Positions 17,373 through 21,299 of a DNA stretch of 21,299 bases are shown here, in pieces (within the stretch, counting starts at the first letter, position 1; each line of letters starts with the position of its first letter). Both the position numbers and the translations under genes were made by a program. The notes beneath the pieces were generated by a model. That model saw nothing but the letters and a program-made list of their open reading frames with translations. It was not told where the DNA came from and searched no databases. The stretch is from an uncultured cyanobacterium (GTDB lineage Bacteria; Cyanobacteriota; Cyanobacteriia; Leptolyngbyales; Leptolyngbyaceae), in contig CAVYAN010000050.1 in NCBI GenBank assembly GCA_963766075.1, positions 1-21,299 on the forward strand, written 5' to 3'.

Positions 17373-18506
17373 TTGCAGTTGCCAACGTTGGTGCTGGCGG
17401 GGTCCATGACATCCATGGCGGGTGGGGCGATCGCCCCGGTCCTACCGGATATGATCCACGACTTATCCCTCAATCCCGTCCTAGCGACCAACCTCATCAG
17501 CCTCCATTGTCTAACCACCGCCCTGTTTAGTCCGCCGCTGGGGATTTTAGCGGATCGCGTGGGCCGCCTGCGTGTGTTGGTTATCTCCCTGGTTCTGTAT
17601 GCTCTATTCGGTGCGGCGGCGGCCTACAGTTCGGATATTGTGGTGTTGCTCATCTTGCGGGGGCTGATTGGGGCCGCCAGTGGGGGGGTTGCCGCCGCCA
17701 GTTTGGGGCTGCTAATCAGTTTGTATGAGGGCGATGCCCGGACCCGGGCCTTGGGGATTATTACCAGTGCGTTGGCGACAACGTCTGTGCTCTATCCCCT
17801 GCTGGGGGGGTGGTTGGGGCGGGGGCACTGGCGGTATGCGTTTTATCTCTATTTACTGGCAATTCCCTTGGCGGGGCTGGCGCTGTGGGTTCTGAGATCG
17901 CCGCCGGGGGGAAAGTCGGCGGCCCCGCTGGCAGTGGATACGAAGCTGCGTGAAGTTTTAGCCCAACCGCAGGTGCGGGAAGTGCTGATGTCTTTGGCGC
18001 TGGCCGCGATCGCCATGTATTCGGTCGTGGCCTATGCGCCTCTGTACTATCGGATGGCGATCCAAGCGGATTCCGCTCTGAACGGGGGCATTCTGGCGGC
18101 GCGCGCGGTGGGGGCGGCGCTGATGTCAGCTGTGGGTACCCGCGCTCTAATGCGCTGGCTGGGTTGGCGGGGCGCGATCGCCATCGGCTTTGCCTGCATG
18201 GGGTCCATGGTGTTAACGATTCCCTGGATTAGCCCCCTACCGCTGATTATTTTGACAGGCGTGATCTTTGGGTTTGGCATTGGCATTGTGCAGCCGGTTT
18301 TGTATGGCCGACTTGCGGATTTTGCCCCCGAAAATTTTCGCTCTAGCGTACTCGCTGCCGGAACAGGGGCGGGGTTTCTGGGTCAGTTTTTATGTCCAAT
18401 CCTGCTGGCTCCAGTGCTCAGTCGGTTTGGCTTAATTCCCGTGTTCTATGCAGCGGCAGGGGTGGCAGTGTTGGGAGGGATAGTTGTCCTTAGACAGAAA
18501 AAATAG
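17373..18506 (+). CDS. Major facilitator superfamily transporter (start uncertain)
   Basis: Motif A GILADRVGRLRVL, LRGLIG, motif-C-like YPLLGGWL..WRYAF and about 12 hydrophobic segments. TTG start at 17373, or ATG 17264 if there is an indel. Confidence 0.88.
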   Translation: MQLPTLVLAGSMTSMAGGAIAPVLPDMIHDLSLNPVLATNLISLHCLTTALFSPPLGILADRVGRLRVLVISLVLYALFGAAAAYSSDIVVLLILRGLIGAASGGVAAASLGLLISLYEGDARTRALGIITSALATTSVLYPLLGGWLGRGHWRYAFYLYLLAIPLAGLALWVLRSPPGGKSAAPLAVDTKLREVLAQPQVREVLMSLALAAIAMYSVVAYAPLYYRMAIQADSALNGGILAARAVGAALMSAVGTRALMRWLGWRGAIAIGFACMGSMVLTIPWISPLPLIILTGVIFGFGIGIVQPVLYGRLADFAPENFRSSVLAAGTGAGFLGQFLCPILLAPVLSRFGLIPVFYAAAGVAVLGGIVVLRQKK

Positions 18507-18621
18507 TCCAGCGTTTCCCTACCCGTTCGGCTTACTCTATAATCTGTGCTTAGCAGGGATTACCTCAATAAAAATCGGCTGAATCAGAAAGAATGGCTTC
18601 GGAGTGCGGAGGAGAAAGGGT

Positions 18622-19116
18622 GTGGTAGAAAAACTTGCGATCGGCATGGGTTGTTTTGGGATCGCATTTGTATTGGCGAGTTTAGTAGAGTACTGGGTTC
18701 ATCGTCTGATGCATCAGCCCTACAAGCTGGGGCAGCGCCACCGGGATCACCACAAGCGGAATGAAGCGCAGGGCGTACTGTGGGAATTTCGGGACTACGT
18801 CAAGGGCACAGCGATCGTCATGGGCCTGATGTTTTTTGTTTCCTGGGAAGCGGGCCTAGGCTGGCTATTAGGCAGTTTGGTCTACGCGGCCTTCTCATCC
18901 TATGCCCATCAACTCCAGCACGAAAATCCGACCAAATGTTTTTGGATGAGTATGCCCGTTCACTATGTCCATCACAAATACAATATGTGGCACCACAATT
19001 TTGGCCTGGGGGTCGATTGGTGGGATCACGTCTTTGGTACGTATAAATCAGTGGAATGGCTGACTGAACAGGAATTGAGCCAGCAGCAGGGATTCACTGC
19101 ACTCCGATGGTGGTGA
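18622..19116 (+). CDS. Fatty acid hydroxylase / sterol desaturase family di-iron membrane protein, ~164 aa
   Basis: His boxes EYWVHRLMH, HRDHH, HQLQH, HYVHH and NFG..WWDHVFGT. GTG 18622 follows GGAGGAG. TATAAT at 18538-18543 upstream. Confidence 0.88.
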   Translation: MVEKLAIGMGCFGIAFVLASLVEYWVHRLMHQPYKLGQRHRDHHKRNEAQGVLWEFRDYVKGTAIVMGLMFFVSWEAGLGWLLGSLVYAAFSSYAHQLQHENPTKCFWMSMPVHYVHHKYNMWHHNFGLGVDWWDHVFGTYKSVEWLTEQELSQQQGFTALRWW

Positions 19117-19143
19117 TAGCCCCCTGCTGGAAAATGGTCAAAC

Positions 19144-19177
19144 TGCTTTGCTGTATGCTGTTGCGTACGGCAAAGCA
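19144..19177 (+). terminator. 15-bp RNA stem-loop downstream of the desaturase-family gene (terminator or mRNA-stabilising hairpin)
   Basis: TGCTTTGCTGTATGC-TGTT-GCGTACGGCAAAGCA. Both mismatches are U-G wobbles on the + strand only. No immediate U-tract. Confidence 0.55.
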
Positions 19178-19270
19178 AGATTCCAAAAACATTCGATCAC
19201 TCCTGTGCTTCTGTTTTTTCCCGTGATATTGTCCTAAACATTCACTTCAGACAGATCGGGAGTACAAGCA

Positions 19271-19591
19271 GTGAGTGATTTCTCTAGCTATTACCAGGCG
19301 GCAAGGGCACATTTTGTTGCGAGCCATCAACATCCCATTAACCAGGCATTGCACCATGCAAACACGCTGCTGGCGCTGGCCTCTCTGGTGTATTTGTTTA
19401 TTGATTGGCGGGTGACGGCTGCTTGTTTGGTGATTACCCAAATTTTCGCTATTAGTGGGCACTTTATTTTTGAAAAAAATAAACCCGCTGCCGTGAAATA
19501 TCCCGGCATCACTATTCTGGTGTCGATCGCCTGGTCATTTGAGCATTGGTTCGGATTGCGCGATGTTTTGCAGCATGACCGCACGCTGTAA
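19271..19591 (+). CDS. Mpo1-like / DUF962 small membrane protein, 106 aa
   Basis: Family motifs SHQHPINQALH and GHFIFEKNKPA. GTG start after GGGAG. Confidence 0.85.
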   Translation: MSDFSSYYQAARAHFVASHQHPINQALHHANTLLALASLVYLFIDWRVTAACLVITQIFAISGHFIFEKNKPAAVKYPGITILVSIAWSFEHWFGLRDVLQHDRTL

Positions 19592-19687
19592 CGCACCCAT
19601 GTCTGCAACGCACCCATGCCTCTACCGAGCCAACCTCTGGAACGCATGCACATCTGTAATGCATTCATATCTGTCACCAATCCATCC
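19586..19687. repeat. Degenerate 17-bp tandem repeat (6 units) beginning at the DUF962 stop codon
   Basis: CTGTAACGCACCCATGT / CTGCAACGCACCCATGC / CTCTACCGAGCCAACCT / CTGGAACGCATGCACAT / CTGTAATGCATTCATAT / CTGTCACCAATCCATCC. Confidence 0.8.
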
Positions 19688-19882
19688 CAGTTTCCCAGTG
19701 AGTGTAGTTTGGATTAGATTTTTAGGATTTCCAGGGCAAATCTGTCACGAAATATACCAACCTCAACCGAGTCCAACCTTTAGTTCTGATTAAGGTCGGC
19801 AACAATTTGTAAATCAGTGATAGATTAATTTGTGATTGCTTAGCCTTTCAAAGTTCCTAGATGGGTGACTAGTGAATTTTCC

Positions 19883-19928
19883 TTTAGTTTTTCTTTAACT
19901 TTTAGTTTTTCTTTGCTTTTAGTTTTTC
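19883..19928. repeat. TTTAGTTTTTC x3 (17-18-bp period) in the T-rich leader of the amidohydrolase gene
   Basis: Copies at 19883, 19901 and 19918. Confidence 0.8.
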
Positions 19929-19977
19929 AGGTTCATCGTCTTTAACTCACCCTTCATGACTCGATTAGGAGACATTC

Positions 19978-21299
19978 ATGTACGACCGGCTTTTGGTGAT
20001 TGATGCGGACGCGCACAAGTTAGAAAATCCGCTAATCTTTCGGGATTATATTGAGCCAGAGTATCGCGATCGCATTGGCTTGGTTGTGGATAGTTTGGGC
20101 GACCAGCGAGCCAAGATTTTGGACTTTAACCCGGCGACTGGCAAAGCCGATCTTGTGCGCATGTTTCCCCAGCCCCAGGGCCTAGGCAAGGGCGGCTTTC
20201 GCAACCTACACCCGGAAACCACGCTCGGGGCGATGTTCAATAAAGTGCGCATTGAGCACATGGACCGCGAAGGCGTGGATGTGCAGGTGATTTATGGCAC
20301 CTTGAACCTGGTGTTCTCCAGCATTTTGGATAAGGATCTATCCGTAGCCCTTTGCCGTGCCTACAACAACTACATGGCCGACGACTGCCGGGATTATGGC
20401 GATCGCCTCAAACCCATTGGCGTCGTCTCCCTCCAAGACGTTGATGAAGCCGTCAAGGAAATGCACCGCTGCGTCAACGAACTGGGTATGGTCAGCGTCG
20501 CTACCGCCCCCAACCTGCCAATTCCCCACCCCGCTGCGCCGGATGCCTTCCCCGAAATCCGGACCTGTAAATCCATCAGCCATCAGGATTTTCGTCCAAT
20601 TTTGCAAGCAGCGGTCGATTTGGACATTGCCCTAGGTATCCACGGCGGTCCCGGCTCGTACATGGTGGGCGGTATCGCTGACCATATGGAAACCTTTGTG
20701 CTCAACCACATTTTTGTGCAGCGCAACCAGCAGCAGTTGGCCATGACCCGGATGGTCTTTGATGGAGCCTTTGAACAGTTCCCCACCCTGCGCGTTGGCT
20801 TCTTGGAAGGCGGCTGTGGCTGGGTGGCCGACCTCGCCCACGCCATGCATGAGCACTGGGAAAAGCGTATTCGCGACTTTGATCCGAAGCATCCCTATCG
20901 CCCTTCGCTGATGGAGTTCACCAAGCTGATGGTGCAGGAACGGGGCACTCACAACAGCACCAATATCATCAGCCAAGCCAAAAACCTGTTTGACCTCATG
21001 TGGACCAAGGAGCACGATCCTACCAAAATTGATGACGTCTAGCCTCTATGAGCATTGGGACCTGAGGCATCGCGATCCCCATGGATTATTTCAAGCGGGG
21101 TCAAATCTTTACCTCCTTTGAGTCGGATGATCCCGGTCCGTCTTACCTGCCCCTCGGCGATGGGTGAAGCGGGTAGGCATTTACCTGTTTCTCAGGCGAC
21201 TACGGTCACTGGGATGGGGTGTTGAAGGACTGCGTCAAGGATGCCGCGACGGCGGGTGAGATCCCGATCGCGAGTATCTAGCGCTGCTGTTAGGCGGTA
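19978..21299 (+). CDS. Amidohydrolase-superfamily protein (Amidohydro_2 / ACMSD-like); C-terminus disrupted by several indels after ~21038 and running off the window
   Basis: IDADAH, MDREGVDVQVIY, RAYNNYMAD, IHGG, FPTLRVGFLEGGCGW. Beyond the apparent stop at 21042, shifted frames continue MDYFKRGQIFTSFESDD and CFSGDYGHWDG (the DYxHxD motif). RBS AGGAG. Confidence 0.88.

Larger units (their letters stand above)
119..20406. repeat. Dispersed HIP1 octamer GCGATCGC (at least 25 copies across the window)
   Basis: Counted by eye, e.g. at 119, 621, 1682, 2406, 4444, 7509, 8463, 12517, 20399. HIP1 over-representation is a cyanobacterial hallmark. Confidence 0.95.

Noticed and set aside
4105..20846. 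Numerous short ORFs antisense or out-of-frame within the long genes
   Set aside because: They are fully overlapped by well-supported CDSs and have no motifs of their own.
1..21299. Mobile element, prophage or anti-phage defence system
   Set aside because: No transposase, integrase, reverse transcriptase, nuclease or terminal repeats were recognised, and HIP1 sites occur throughout, consistent with native chromosome.

Overview
Chromosomal window from a cyanobacterium: at least 25 copies of the HIP1 octamer GCGATCGC and a typical cyanobacterial gene set. From left to right: a truncated Ser/Thr kinase, a 1.1 kb non-coding gap, a frameshifted orphan sensor histidine kinase, then a two-gene unit encoding a dCache-HAMP class III cyclase-like receptor and an MscS channel with a cyclic-nucleotide-binding domain. 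Both of these lack key nucleotide-chemistry residues, and a perfect NtcA-type palindrome lies upstream. A housekeeping block follows: sugar ABC permease, phosphoribosyltransferase, family-4 uracil-DNA glycosylase, GT-A glycosyltransferase, tandem PTPS and an MsbA-like ABC exporter. The right third is a divergently transcribed, apparently uncharacterised lipid or small-molecule cluster: atypical alpha-oxoamine synthase, Rieske oxygenase, MFS transporter, fatty-acid-hydroxylase/sterol-desaturase protein, Mpo1/DUF962 protein and an amidohydrolase that runs off the window. No CRISPR array, rRNA, tRNA or transposase was seen. Several single-base indels, especially in the last 260 bp, look like sequencing errors. 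All family calls come from motif recognition by eye, not database searches.
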